Source of the DNA: Scyliorhinus canicula
Lineage: Eukaryota
Length of the DNA stretch: 64,000 bases
Direction of reading: 5' to 3'
NCBI RefSeq assembly: GCF_902713615.1
Contig: NC_052146.1
Coordinates: forward strand, 309,582,335-309,646,334
Positions 1-13,015 of this stretch are shown here, one piece after another (position 1 is the first letter of the stretch; every line of letters begins with the position of its first letter). A model generated the notes under the pieces. It worked only from the letters and a program-made list of their open reading frames with translations, was not told the origin of the DNA and did not search any database. Position numbers and translations under genes: made by a program.

Positions 1-373
1 GCTTTCTAACCAGCCTGAGATCCCAGTGAACTGACACTGGCTTTCTAACCAGCCTGAGATCCCAGTGAACTGACACTGGCTTTCTAACCAGCCTGAGATC
101 CCAGTGAACTGACACTGGCTTTCTAACCAGCTGGCATCAGCAGCTGCCCTGGGTCTCAGCAAACCTGGACCTCACCAACAGCACCTCCACAAGGTGAAGT
201 TCTGCTTCTCTGGGCAGAGGTGAGGGGCTCAGGTATCCAAAGGCAGGAATTGGCCTGGATCACGTTGCCCATCCCAACACGGAAACCCAGTCGATGGTGT
301 CAGAAAACTCAAACCCACCCTCAGATCCTTCACATGAGAGAAAGTAACATCCTCAAAAGCCAACTGAACTCAC

Positions 374-438
374 CCGAGTGGGTCCAACATTCTCATAAAC
401 TGCAGCCGTGTTCTGACCATCAGCTGCTCCCGGGGCTG
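374..438 (-). CDS. Cytoplasmic exon 1 (copy A), AVYENV
   Basis: As 27609-27673, but ends in R (CGG|GTGAGT) instead of Q. Confidence 0.72.
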
Positions 439-810
439 CTGGGAAATAAATTATAAAATCGCACCGACATCAGCCACAATATTCATCACATTTATCAGCT
501 GGCAACAACATTTCTGTCCTTACCAATTTCTCTCCTTTTATAATGGGGTGGGGTACTCACTGACATAGTGATGAGTCATTGCTGAGGCCCAGCTTATTCT
601 CTGGTGATAAGGTTTCAAATTGCACCATGACTTCTGGTGGGACTTAAATTGAAGTTTTCAATTAAAACATACTTTGGAATATAAAGCTAGTCTCCTCAAT
701 GGCAGCCTTGAAACCATCTGTGACTGTTGTAAAATCCATCTGATTCTCTGATGTCCTTTAGGGAAGGAAGTCTGCCGTCCTTACCTGGTCTGGCCGACAT
801 CTGACTGCAG

Positions 811-1677
811 TGTGGTGAATGTAGGAATTTCAGACATGTTATATTGTGTGTTTTTGGTGAAATAAGGGTTCAAATCCGGAGTTAGTGTGTGTGACTGCTG
901 CAGTCATGTTTTTTTAAAATCCTGGTTTTGGAGCAATGGGTCCAATTAAAGCATTGTAAAAAGCTTGGGCTAATGGAGTTTTGTTTGGATTAGGGGGATT
1001 CCCTGTGGAGTTAATTAGATTTTATACTGGTAAAATAATGTCATTTCTGGGAGGAGCCAAGATATCACGCATTTTGCAGAACAGCAGAGTTTAGTTGAGT
1101 TTTGGATGGAGATGTGAGCAGCTGCCAAGCATCTCAGTTCAGTTTAAAGATTTATGTCTGTGGCTAGATGAGCAGTTTCTTTCCAAGCAGTTCAGAAGAG
1201 TGTAATCAGAAGGTGAGCTGAAACAAGCTGAAGTAGCTTCTGAAGAAATACAGCCAGACGTTCTGCATGGTTCTGACAGGGTTCAGATCTTTTCTGCAAA
1301 GGATCTCTCTTCTTCAAAAAACGTCTCTGTAAAGCAGGTATTCCCGAGGGCTAACTGTATTTAACAGTGGATTGAGAGCTGAGATGGGATTTTTAATTGT
1401 TTAAGTGGGAACAAAGTTAGCAGTTGAGGATTACTGTAGTCACTCTATTGATTAGCATTGTTTAAGGGGTGATTGAAAGCTATTTCCTGGTGTGATGTAA
1501 AAGTTAATTTAGTACTGTTAGTAATAAAGTTTGTTTAATATACCATATCCCTATTTTTCCCCAAATCACCCCTGGTGTGAGGTGTCATTTCCTCACAATT
1601 TTACCAAATTAAGATAAAATATTGGTGTTTCTGTCCGTATCTCATCCACTGTTTTTGTCTGGTCCGGGATTGTAACA
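811..1677 (+). mobile_element. Solo LTR (867 bp), copy A
   Basis: TG...CA ends, near-TSD gcag/ccag, AATAAA; splits a SINE. Confidence 0.75.
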
Positions 1678-1836
1678 CCAGATCCTCAGCAATGGGGTTG
1701 ACTGTTAAATGCTCGCAAGGGAAATTAGGGATTGGCAATGAATGCTGCTCTTGCCAACAATGCCCACATCCCATAAACAAACAAACAAAACTATCCACAA
1801 TAATCAAGAGAAACGGAATTATTCTGTCAAACTTAC

Positions 1837-1950
1837 GGGATTGTTTTTTCCGAAACAGTGTGAATCCAGTGAGTAAACTAATTCCAGTAAATCCCGAAAG
1901 AGCTCCCAGAATGATCCAGACAAGCTCCATCTTCCCAGCGGCATCCATGT
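1837..1950 (-). CDS. Stalk + TM exon (copy A)
   Basis: Same peptide and splice sites as 29072-29185. Confidence 0.88.
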
Positions 1951-3347
1951 CTGTGAAAGGAAATCACATGTTTACGGTTAAAAGACGGGATTCCATTCTC
2001 GTCAGTCGGTGACATTTGAAATGGTAAAGTAGAGAAATGAAAGCAGGTGGAATTCAGACTGAGCAGATATTTGTATCTGTTGGGCACCTGGAATAACAAT
2101 GTGAGTTCAAAAACAGATCAATTTGATTTATTGATAATGTGGCAGGCCAATCTTATATCACACACTGGCCATTCTGGCCATTCTGGCTGTCTTGGCAACA
2201 GTGCAGCAAAGTTCCACAGATAGAAAGAAAACCACCAACAGTTACCTAGTGGGTTCTGTTCTGTATCCTCCTCCGTCCACACCAACATTACACTGTAGGG
2301 GAGTGACTTTTGGATAGGTGGTGTGCATCGTGTGACTGACATCACTAATGTGACCAGGCGATCCGTGTAAACAAGATGAAGTTTGTTTCTAAACACGGAG
2401 GAGTTGAAATGAGGAAACGCAGAGCAATGGGGACTGAAATGAAGATAAAGTTCTCTATATTGGAAGAGGAAATGTCAATGACACATCAGTTAGGAAGATG
2501 GAGTTTGTCTAAAAGATTGTGATTGCAAAATTAACAAGGAAGAATGTAGAGATTTATAGATTAATGGAAAACCCTCAAAAGAGAATTAACCCATTCAAAA
2601 AAGTGACTGAAATGTGAGTGGGATTGGGACGAAAGTTCAGAGTAATTGCGTTGATTCAGGTCATTGCCAATGTTGGGTGTGATAGGCAGCGTGCCAGGCT
2701 GAAAGGGAGCTGATGTGATAGGTTTTGTGTTTAGTTTCATTCCCTCGATTTACTGACTGGGGTGAACTCTCCTCCTCTTCCTTAAGCTACTGTCATGGGG
2801 CCTCCTGCATCTCCCAGAGAGAGCGGACAGGGACTTGGTTTAAAGTCTCGTCTGAACATCCTCTGATAGAATTGTTCCGAATTATCAATCATTTTGGTGA
2901 AGCAAATTGAGACAAACTATTCTGAATTGTGATATTCATTCTTCAACAAGACAAAGAAAAGATTATCGGGCCTTTATCACATTATTATTTAGGGAGCTTG
3001 CTGTGCACAAATTGGTCAATACATTTACTACATTTAAATAAGCCCCAAGCTTTACAAAGGGTTTAATTGGTTGTAAAGCACATTGGGACAACTGGTCAGT
3101 AAAGGTCCCTCTGGCCTGGATTTTCTGTATTGTGAGAGTTCCCTGCTCATCATCTGGAGAGTCGGCGGGGATGACCCGATGGCACCGCTGCCATTTCCCG
3201 CTCAAATTAACTCTGGTCCGCATTTGGAAAGAAGTCCCAGTCCCTCCACGCACAGCGCCGCAGTGGCTGTAAGAGGTACTGCAGCACTGTGCCTGAGACA
3301 ATGTTCCAGGAACTGCATTGATGGTAAGCAGCAGTGTTCCCAGAAAA

Positions 3348-3694
3348 GGGCAGCACGGTAGCATTGTGGATAGCACAATTGCTTCACAGCTCCAGGGTCC
3401 CAGATTCGATTCTGGCTTGGGTCACTGCCTGTGCGGAGCCTGCACATCCTCCCCATGTGTGCGTGGGTTTCCTCCGGGTGCTCCGGTTTTCTCCCACAGT
3501 CCAAAGATGTGCGGGTTAGGTGGATTGGCCATGATAAATTGCCCTAAGTGTTCAAAACACACACTTAGTGTTGGGTGGGGTTACTGGGTTATGGGGATGG
3601 GGTGGAGGTGTTGACCTCGGTTAGGGTGCTCTTTCCAAGAGCCAGTGCAGACTCGATGGGCTGAATGGCCTCCTACTGCACTGTAAATTCTATG
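3348..3694 (+). mobile_element. HE1/V-SINE-like tRNA-derived SINE
   Basis: A/B boxes, central GGGTTTCCTCCGGGTGCTCCGG domain, CR1-like 3' tail; the copy B equivalent (30335-30521) lacks the 5' half. Confidence 0.88.
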
Positions 3695-4560
3695 AAAAGG
3701 GGGAGCGGTGGGAGTGTGGGCTGGGGGGGGGGGGGGGGGGGGGGGGGAGATACCTTACTGGTTGGGGGGAGGGGGAGTGTAAAATTCTTGCTTATAAAAA
3801 TGTGGATCTTTCTTTGTAATTTCATTCCAATGGAAAGAGCCCGGTTCTCTGGTATCATTCTTTACCAAAAGTCTCAGCAGTAAGCAGTTCGGTGGCGATT
3901 TTGGAGTTTTTAAATTTAATCCTCAAAGATTTATTGAGAAGAAAAGAAAATTTAAACATACACAATTACAATTACATAGTTAAACTTGATTTCACAATAT
4001 GTTGCCCCAAAGACTCCCTAATTGATCACACTCATAAATAAAATTCTTCCAGGCAACACTCCATAATATATGTTTAAACATCAATGCAGTTAATATTAAC
4101 CAAGGCATAACTGCTGTAACTTTACTAAAAGTACCCCACATGATCTCTCAAACCACGTTTCACTCAAATGTGGAAATCCAAGAACTTCAGACACTGCTTT
4201 TCACAGTCCAATACATTTCCAGACTGACTGGATGGTTGATTCAAACATCACCTACTCCCAGCCCAGAGCTGTTTCCAAGGGATCTTCCCCCAACAGCCAA
4301 TCCCCAACCAGTTCAACAGCTCTCCTCACATATCCCTTTCCCTTTCATCTTCAATTCCAGTCTTTTCAGCATTCCTTTGAACGTAACTTTTGCAAAATGT
4401 CAAAATCTTTCCTGTCTTTACCATTGCCTCAACATCAGCATCAGTGAGCCAGTGCAGCCTCCTTGAGCCTGAGGAAGAGAATGTTTGAAGTTTTTGAAGA
4501 GAGTCTTTAAAGCCAGCACCAAGCCCATGGTCTACGCCGCAGCAGTGATACGCAGTGATA

Positions 4561-4751
4561 GGGGCTGGTTTAGCACAGGGCTAAATAGCTGGCTTGTAAA
4601 GCAGACAAGCAGCCAAGAAGCGTGGGTTCAATTCCCGTACCAGCCTCCCTGAACAGGCGCTGGAATGTGGCGACTAGGGGCTTTTCACAGCCCATTTGAA
4701 GCCTATTTGTGACAAAAAGCAATTTTCATTTCATTTCATTTTCTCATTTCA
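4561..4751 (+). mobile_element. Second tRNA-derived SINE family with (TTTCA)n tail
   Basis: GGGGCTGGTTTAGCAC..GGTTCAATTCC head; further copies at 31381-31571 (+) and 14797-14983 (-). Confidence 0.82.
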
Positions 4752-5362
4752 TACCCACCCTCCTGTGTGACTCAGAGATGTGGACTATATACGGCAGGCA
4801 CATCATTTTATGATCACGTCACAGATGGTCAAATTTGAGTGCTGGATGCAGGAAATAGGAAATTTGGATGTTGAATCCTCAGTTTAATAAATAGTTTCTT
4901 GGTTTCAGGTTGAATCCTGACTGGTGGAGGTGGAGGAAAACAGGAAGGGGCGTTTGTTCCCAGTAACCGGAAATGTGGGACACAGTGACCTCATATATCA
5001 TTGAATTATCTGATGGGGGGGGGTCAATCTGTGAGTTGCTCCCCCCACCGTGAGAAAATTCTGGCCGATTAAGTTGATGAGTCACCGTGAACAATAGGCA
5101 CTGTTCACTCTAACTCACTCTGTATGGACATTGTGGGCAATTCCCTTTGTCAGAGCAGAGCAGCAGGAGTAGGCCATTCAGCCCCTCCAGCCCTCTGCAT
5201 TATTCAACTGGGCCATGGCTGAGTGTTGACCTCAGCACCATTTTCCTTCACTATTCCCATAACCCTCAATATCATTGGCAGTTAGAAATCCATCGATCAG
5301 TATGTCCTGCACTAGATTATGTGCTCGAGTCTGTGAAGTTGGATAATGTAACTTGTCCTTAC

Positions 5363-5704
5363 TCATTACAGTGAGCTGGGTTCCACTCCAATCGATATCT
5401 CCCCTCACTTCACAATAGTAGACGGCAGCGTCACTGGGCTGAATGTTGCTGATTGTCAGAATGAAGCTGTTATTGGACGTGTCTCGAGAAGGCTGGAAAC
5501 GCTGGGAGAAGCCAGGACCCCATCGTGTGTTGTTCATTATCTCATGTGTTAAAATCCATTCGATGTAACCTGGTTGTTGTCGGTACCAATGAACATCAGT
5601 GTGTGTTACAGCGGCGTTCCGCAGGATGCACTGTAACCGTGCACTCTGACCCTGTCTGATAGGTTCTGTGACAGGAGACTGGATAACCACTGGGGCAGCT
5701 GCAC
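5363..5704 (-). CDS. Ig V-set domain D3 (copy A)
   Basis: Same splice sites as 32186-32527; 3 nt differences, all nonsynonymous. Confidence 0.9.
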
Positions 5705-5990
5705 CTTTGGAGAAACAATATTCAGAACTTAAAAGAGTATCTGCATTTACAAAGTAGCTCTGGTAGTTAATCATAGAATCGTTGGTGCCTCAAGGCACCG
5801 AGGTCCCAGGTTCGATCCCAGCTTTGGGTCACTGTCTGTATGGAGTTTGCACATTCTCCCCATGTTTGCGTGGGTTTCACCCCACAACCCAAAGATGTGC
5901 AGCGTAGGTGGATTGGCCATGTCAAATTGGCCCTTAATTGGAAAAAATGAATGGGGTACTCAAAGTTGTTAAAATAACCACAGAATCACT

Positions 5991-6573
5991 GCATAGAACA
6001 TAGAACATTGCAGTGCAGTACAGGCCCTTCGGCCCACGATGTTACGCCGTCCTGTGAAACCCTTCTAAAGTCCCTCTACACTATTCCCTTATCGTCCATA
6101 TGCCTATCCAATGACCATTTGAATGTGTTTAGTGTTGGCGAGTCCACTACTGTTGCAGGCAGGGCATTCCACGCCCTTACTACTCTCTGAGTAAAGAATC
6201 TACCTCTGACATCTGTCCTATATCTATCTCCCCTCAATTTAAAGCTATGTCCCCTCGTGCTGGACATCACCATCCGAGGAAAAAGGCTCTCGATGTCCAC
6301 CCTATCTAATCCTCTGATCATCTTGTATGCCTCAATTAAGTCACCTCTTAACCTTCTTCTCTCTAACGAAAACAGCCTCAAGTCCCTCAGCCTTTCCTCA
6401 TATGATCTTCCCTCCATACCAGGCAACATTCTTGTAAATCTGCTCTGTACCCTTTCCAAAGCTTCCACGTCCTTCCTATAATGTGGCGACCAGAACTGCA
6501 CACAATACTCCAAATGCGGCCGCACCAGAGTTTTCTACAACTGCAACATGACCTCATGGCTCCGAAACTCAAT
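5991..6573 (-). mobile_element. CR1 3' fragment (continues 11565-11630)
   Basis: RPHLEYCVQFWSP...WNALP C-terminus and CATAGAA tail; split by the Gypsy element. Confidence 0.9.
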
Positions 6574-7040
6574 TGTACCATCGATGCACCATCGATTGCA
6601 CGTGAGGCGAGTGATTTACCAATGTCAGGCTTTAATTAACTAGAACACAGCCTGGCGATCGTCTACAGTGGAAAGGGACGATCGTCAGGCTTCTGAGCAT
6701 TTATACCTCGTTGATAGAGGCGTGGTTAACTCAGCCTCTCGGCCAATCGGTCGAGAGGCACATGACCGACCAGGGCCAATGGTAAACCGACGTTCTGGCC
6801 CAATGGCAGACGAGTATGCAGATCATATCATCACATTCACCCCTTACGGAGAAGGAAGGCGGGGGGGGGGGGGGGGGGGGGGGTGTGAACGAGACCCGTG
6901 GGAGGGGGGGAAGAACTGATGATATGAGTAGCCGTCGGGAGAATAATTTTCTCTCCGTACCCTTATCGAATTTGGGGGCTTACCACTGGCCCAGACATAA
7001 CAATATTTACAAAAAGGAAAGTCCATGGGGCTGTAGAACT

Positions 7041-9870
7041 CTAGAGGGATTCGATCAGTCGTTTGGTGGTCCTTGACGTCCTGGCCGAGCGCCGTAGTGG
7101 AGGAGGTGTCGTCGGATCGGCTGATGGTCCTGCTGATGTCCTGGAGTCCGGGAGCGATAGACTTCGAGTAGTCTCCGTCACCTGAGCTGGCCGCGGAGAC
7201 GCCATGGATGAGGGATGGGGAAGCTGAGTGGGGTGCTGGGGTGAAAAAGGGGAGGGGGGGGTCTGTGGTGGGGGGGGGCTGCACGCCGGCGGGTGCCAGG
7301 TCCTGGAGGGAGACCGTGTCCTGCCGACCGTCGGGGTGCTCCACATACGCGTACTGCGGGTTAGCGTGGAGTAACTGGACATGCTCCACTAACGGGTCGG
7401 ACTTGTGCACCCGCACATGCTTCCGGAGCAAGATGGGTCCGGGGGTGACCAGCCACGTCGGGAGAGGGGATCCGGAGGACGACTTCCTGGGGAAAACAAG
7501 AAGACGTTCATGAGGTGTCTGATTAGTTGCAGTACAGAGGAGTGAGCGGATAGAGTGCAGTGCATCGGGGAGCACCTCTTGCCATCGGGAAATAGGGAGA
7601 TCTCTGGACCGGAGGGCCAGTAGTGTGGTCTTCCAGATGGTACCATTCTCCCGCTCGACCTGTCCGTTACCCCGAGGGTTATAGCTGGTCGTCCTGCTAG
7701 AGGCGATGCACCTGTCAAGCAGGAATTGACGCAGCTCGTCGCTCATAAATGAGGACCCCCGGTCGCTGTGAATGTACGCGGGGTAGCCGAACAGTGAGAA
7801 GATGGAGAGGAGGGCCTTAATGACGGTCGATGTGGTCATGTCGGGACAGGGAATGGCAAAGGGGAAGCGGGAGTGTTCGTCGACAACCGCCAGGAAGTAA
7901 ATGTTGCGGTTGTTAGAGGGAAGGGGCCCCTTGAAGTCAATGCTGAGACGTTCAAAGGGGCGGGATGCTTTGATCAGGTGTGCGCGCTCGGGGCGGTAGA
8001 AGTGCGGTTTGCACTCGGCGCAGATGTGGCAGTCACGGGTTACTGTCCTGACTTCCTCGATAGAGTAGGGCAGGTTGCGGGCCTTAATGAAGTGGTATAG
8101 GCGGGTCACCCCTGGATGGCAGAGGTCCGCGTGGAGGGAGCGGAGGCGGTCTATCTGCGCGCTGGCGCAGGTACCGCGGGACAGGGCATCAGGAGGCTCA
8201 TTGAGCTTCCCAGGACGATACAAGATATCATAGTTGTACGTGGACAACTCGATCCGCCACCGTAAAATCTTGTCATTTTTGATCTTGCCCCTTTGTGCAT
8301 TATCAAACATGAAGGCTACTGACCGTTGGTCTGTGAGGAGGGTAAACCTCCTGCCGGCCAAATAGTGCCTCCAATGTCGCACGGCTTCGACTATGGCCTG
8401 GGCTTCCTTTTCCACAGCGGGGTGGCGGAGTTCGGAAGCCTGGAGGGTTCTGGAGAAGAAGGCCACGGGTCTGCCCGCTTGGTTCAGGGTGGCCGCCAGA
8501 GCTACTTCAGATGCGTCGCTCTCGACCTGGAAGGGGAGGGCCTTGTCGATGGCACGCATCGTGGCCTTTGCGATGTCCGCTTTGATGCGGCTAAAGGCCT
8601 GACAGGCCTCCGTCGACGGCGGGAAGGTCGTGGTTTGCATGAGGGGACGGGCCTTGTCCGCGTAGTTGGGAACCCATTGGGCGTAGTATGCGAAAAACCC
8701 CAGGCAGCGTTTGAGTGATTTGGGGGTATTGGGGAGAGGGAGTTCCATCAGGGGGCGCATGCGTTCGGGATCGGGGCCTATCACTCCGTTACGCACTACG
8801 TAGCCGAGGATGGCTAGGCGGTCGGTGCTGAACACGCATTTATTCTTATTGTACGTGAGGTTAAGGAGTTTTGCGGTTTGGAGGTATTTCTGGAGGTTGG
8901 CGTCATGGTCCTGCTGGTCGTGGCCGCAGATGGTGACATTATCAAGGTACGGGAAGGTAGCCTGTAATCCGTACTTGTCGACCATTCGGTCCATCTCCCG
9001 TTGGAAGACCGAGACCCCATTCGTGACACCAAACGGAACCCTAAGGAAGTGGTAGAGGCGCCCGTCAGCCTCGAACGCGGTGTACAGTCGGTCACTCGCG
9101 CGGATGGGGAGCTGGTGGTAAGCGGACTTAAGGTCCACAGTTGAGAAGACCTTGTATCTCGCGATCTCGTTTACCATGGTAGAGATACGGGGGAGAGGAT
9201 ACGCGTCCAGTTGCGTAAACCAATTGATGGTTTGGCTATAATCGATGACCATCCGGTTTTTCTCCCCCGTCCGGACCACCAGCACTTGGGCTCGCCAGGG
9301 ACTGTTGCTGGCCTCGATGACCCCTTCCGTCAGCAACCTCTGGACCTCGGACCTGATGAAGGATCGGTCCTGGGCGCTGTACCGTCTGCTCCGTGTGGCG
9401 ACGGGTTTGCAATCGGGGGTGAGGTTAGCAAACAGGGAGGGGGGGTCTACTTTGAGGGACGCGAGGCTGCAGACAGTGAGGGGGGGTATAGGGCCGCCGA
9501 ATTGAAAAGTCAAGCTCTGCAGGTTGCACTGGAAGTCCAGTCCTAGGAGTGCCGGTGCGCAAAGGTCAGGGAGGACAAGGAATTTATCATTTTTAAAAAC
9601 CTTCCCTTGGACCGTGAGGTCCGCGATGCAGCACCCGGTGATGTGGACGGAGTGCGAACCTGAGGCTAAACCGATTTTGCGTGTTACGGGATGGACAGGG
9701 AGCGCGCAGCGTCTTACCGTGTCAGGGTGAATGAAGCTTTCCGTGCTCCCGGAGTCCAGCAGGCAGTCCGTCTTGTGGCCGTTGAGGTGGATCAGCGTAG
9801 TCGTTTTGGCGAGCGTGCGTGGATGAGACTGGTCGAGTTGAACGGCTGCGAGCCGTGGAGAAACTCCGTT
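7041..9870 (-). CDS. pol: Gypsy pol (protease, RT, RNase H, integrase)
   Basis: LLDSGS protease; RT with DLKSAYHQ, PFG and YLDN; RNase H DAS; integrase H..HPG..C..C, IDFKGP, HSDRG, GNGQVER; the C-terminal LRRSAR tail is in a shifted frame. Confidence 0.93.
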
Positions 9871-10499
9871 GTCGCTGTCCGATTCCATGCTGGAGCGACC
9901 TTGCGTGGCAGATGTGGAAGCCGGTGGCCAGGATCCCCTGGTGAGGTCTGTTCCCCAAGATGGCGGCGCCCAGGACCCGCACGTGGGGTCGGCACCCCAA
10001 GATGGCGGCGACCAGGAAGCCCTCGTGGCCGCTGGAGGCGGAGCTAGCGTTGCCGGCGCTGTGAGCGGAGAGGCGCGCAGGCCGGCTCCAGGACGCCGGC
10101 TAGGTGCATCAGCTGTGGGAGGAGGTAAGGCTCGCGGGCCGGGTGCGGGGGGCAGGGGGCGGGGGGAGCCAAGTCGCGCTGCGGGCAGGCAGGGACCGGG
10201 GGGGCCCGGAGAGGCGAGCCGGTCGGGCGCCGGGGCTCGGGGGTGGGGGGAGCCGGGGTCCGGGAGCGGAAAAAGCAGGGCCGCTGCGGGCAGGCAGGGA
10301 CCAGGGGGGCCCGGAGAGGCGAGCTGGTCGGGCGCCGGGGCCCGGGGGCGGGGGGGAGAAACGTGCGCGGCGGGCAGGCAGAGGCCTGGAGGTGCGCATG
10401 TCGGCCGGCGGGGCGCGAGTCGGGAGCGGCTGGAGGGGCCCTGGAGGAGAGAGGGAGGCACACAGGCCGTTTGCAGAGGCCTGGGGGAGGGGGGGAGAG

Positions 10500-11289
10500 T
10501 GCTGTGCAGCTTCCAGAAACGCTGCTGCCAGCGTTTTGGCCTGGCAGACCGTGGAGTAGTGGCCCTTCTTCCCGCAGCTCTTACAGAGGGCGGAGCGGGC
10601 TGGGCAGCGCGAGCGAGGGTGCTTAGCGTACCCACAAAAGTAGCAGCGGGGCCCCGCGGATTTATCGGGGCGCCCCGCGGCACAAGCCTGAGGGAGGCCG
10701 GGAGCGGTGGGTAGCTGGTGGGAAGCGTGCCAGGAGGCGGCCTGGCCAGGGTCATAGGTGCGAGCGCTTTGATCTGCGACCTCCAGGGAGGCGGAGAGAG
10801 TCAGCGTCTCCGTTAAACTGAGTTTGTCTCTTTCCAGCATCCGCTGGCGGATCACGAGAGACAGCATCCCAGCCACGTAAGCGTCTCTGACGAGTAGCTC
10901 CATGTGCTCTGTCGCGGACACCGCTTCACAGGCGCAACCTCTCCCCAGGGCACAGAGGGCCCGGGCGTATTGGTCTAGAGACTCACCGGGGACCTGCTTT
11001 CTGGTGGCCAGCAGATGTCGAGCGAATACCCTGTTGATCGGTTTGATGAATTGTCCTTTTAGCTTTTGTATAGCGTCATTATAATCTGTTTCGTCTTCGA
11101 TTATTGAGTAAGCGTCAATACCCACGCTGGAGTGGAGGACGTGCAGCTTCTGTGCCCCGGTGGGGGGGGGGTGGTTGTAGATGCCAGGAACCCTTCGAGG
11201 CAAGTCAGCCAGAGTTTGAAAAGTTCTGTAGAGTTCGGAGTTTGCGGGCTGATGCGGAGGCATTCGGGCTTCATGCGGAACTCCATCTT
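10500..11289 (-). CDS. gag: Gypsy gag, frameshifted in a homopolymer near 11165
   Basis: MEFRMKPECL... continues in ORF 10109-11263; two tandem CX2CX4HX4C knuckles (CYFCGYAKHPRSRC, CKSCGKKGHYSTVC). Confidence 0.85.
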
Positions 11290-12279
11290 CAAAGTTGTAG
11301 TTAATTAAATTGATGCACCATCGATTGCACGTGAGGCGAGTGATTTACCAATGTCAGGCTTTAATTAACTAGAACACAGCCTGGCAATCGTCTACAGTGG
11401 AAAGGGACGATCGTCAGGCTTCTGAGCATTTATACCTCGTTGATAGAGGCGTGGTTAACTCAGCCTCTTGGCCAATCGGTCGAGAGGCACATGACCGACC
11501 AGGGCCAATGGTAAGCCGACGTTCTGGCCCAATGGCAGACGAGTATGCAGATCATATCATCACACCCTCTATAATAAAAACTAACACACTGTACGCCTTC
11601 TTAACAACCCTCTCAACCTGGGTGGCAACTTTCATTCAGCCCATCCAGTGTGCACCGACCCTCTGAAAGAGCACCCTTCCTAGGACACTTCGCTACCGTC
11701 AAACAAAATCCTTAAATTGACAGCAATACCCATTTGAAGGCCGCATTCCACCACCAGTATCAGGAGGGGGACTCTGCATGTGGATAAAAACTAACCCACT
11801 TTGTGTTTCTAATGGTGTCCTAGGGGAGTTCCTCATTGTCAAGTAGTGGTTGATATGACATCAGGAAGAGGGTGGGGTGCCTGTGAAGAGCTACCACCAT
11901 GTCCAGGTTGCTAACCCCTCTTCCCACAATCTCAACCTATGACCCCAAACCCCCCCACAATCACCTTTGACGTGAGTCCCTCAGCCTGAGTTTGTTGTGG
12001 GCCCTGGTTTGACTGGTGTTTGCAATGTGCAGCTGCCTGTCTCAGCTACCATGGTCATGTGGAAGGCCCATTGCTGACTATGTATGTGCCTGATCCTTCA
12101 CAAAGGAAGCAACATGAGCCTCTCCCTGGATCTCAGGCCAGCGAGTGAGAGACACCATCACCTGTATCAAGGAGCCTGCTTTGTGTCCCAAAAAGTGTGA
12201 AAATTTCTCAGACTTCTCAGAACGGCAAGATAGAACACGTGGTGTGAAGTTTAATGAGAATCATGGAAACTGTACTTAC

Positions 12280-12624
12280 TGGTTACACTCAGCTGTGATC
12301 CATTCCCACTGATATCTCCCCACACGGAGCAGTAATAGACGGCAGTGTCACTGGGCTGCACGTTGCTGATTGTCAGGATGAAGGTTTTATTGGACGTGTC
12401 TCGGGAAGGATGAAAACGCTCAGTGAAACCTGGACTCCGTTGTGTGTTGTTCTTTATATCATGTGTTAAAACCCTCTCCATATCTTTCCCTGGCAGCTCC
12501 CGGTTCCAGTGAACATCGGTGTGTGTCACTGCGGCGTTCCGCATGGTGCACTGTAACCGTGCAGTCTGACCCTCTGTGACACGTTCCACACTCGGGGACT
12601 GGATAAGGACTGGAGCATTCGCAC
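12280..12624 (-). CDS. Ig V-set domain D2 (copy A)
   Basis: Same splice sites as 34114-34458; 5 nt differences by hand (4 nonsynonymous). Confidence 0.9.
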
Positions 12625-12676
12625 CTTTAAGAGAAAAATATCAACAAGTTATTAACAGGTGCTAATGTTACAGTCT

Positions 12677-13015
12677 GGGCTGATTCTACGTTTCCCCAGC
12701 CGTGTGTTTCTCGGTGGGCGCGCTGTTCCCAGCCGTGTGTTTCTCGGTGGGCGCGCTGTTCCCAGCCGTGTGTTTCTCGGTGGGCGCGCTTGTTCCCAGC
12801 CGTGTGTTTCTCAGTGGGCGCGCTGTTCCCAGCCGTGTGTTTCTCGGTGGCGCGCTGTTCCCAGCCGTGTGTTCTCGGTGGCGCTGTTCCCAGCCGTGTG
12901 TTTCTCGGTGGGCGCGCTGTTCCCAGCCGTGTGTTTCTCGGTGGGCGCGCTGTTCCCAGCCGTGTGTTTCTCAGTGGGGCGCGCTGTTCCCAGCCGTGTG
13001 TTTCTCGGTGGGCGC
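12677..13015. repeat. Start of the same 30/33-bp satellite (copy A)
   Basis: Same unit and same left boundary; runs into the gap. Confidence 0.9.

Larger units (their letters stand above)
6582..11564 (-). mobile_element. Near full-length Ty3/Gypsy LTR retrotransposon (Mag-like Gag)
   Basis: 254-bp LTRs 6582-6835 and 11311-11564 with about 4 differences; PPT-like AAGGGGGTGAA; order gag-PR-RT-RNaseH-IN; inserted in a CR1 fragment; absent at the matching site near 33396. Confidence 0.96.
1..13015. repeat. Segmental duplicate (copy A) of about 27236-34870
   Basis: Collinear near-identity with offset 27235 at the left end; differs by the Gypsy insertion (A only) and a 407-bp deletion in B (A 3101-3507). 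Confidence 0.93.

Noticed and set aside
220-456. Plus-strand 78-aa ORF (also 27455-27691)
   Set aside because: No recognisable domain or ATG context; overlaps the better supported minus-strand tail exon.
2246-2388. Hinge/stalk exon between D3 and TM (also in copy B)
   Set aside because: It has a donor (G|GTAACT), but the stronger acceptors give a stop or the wrong phase; the only phase-compatible acceptor (99-nt exon) has a poor pyrimidine tract. D3 splices in frame to TM without it.
3348-3420. tRNA genes
   Set aside because: The A/B boxes belong to SINE heads and continue into SINE bodies; no full cloverleaf.
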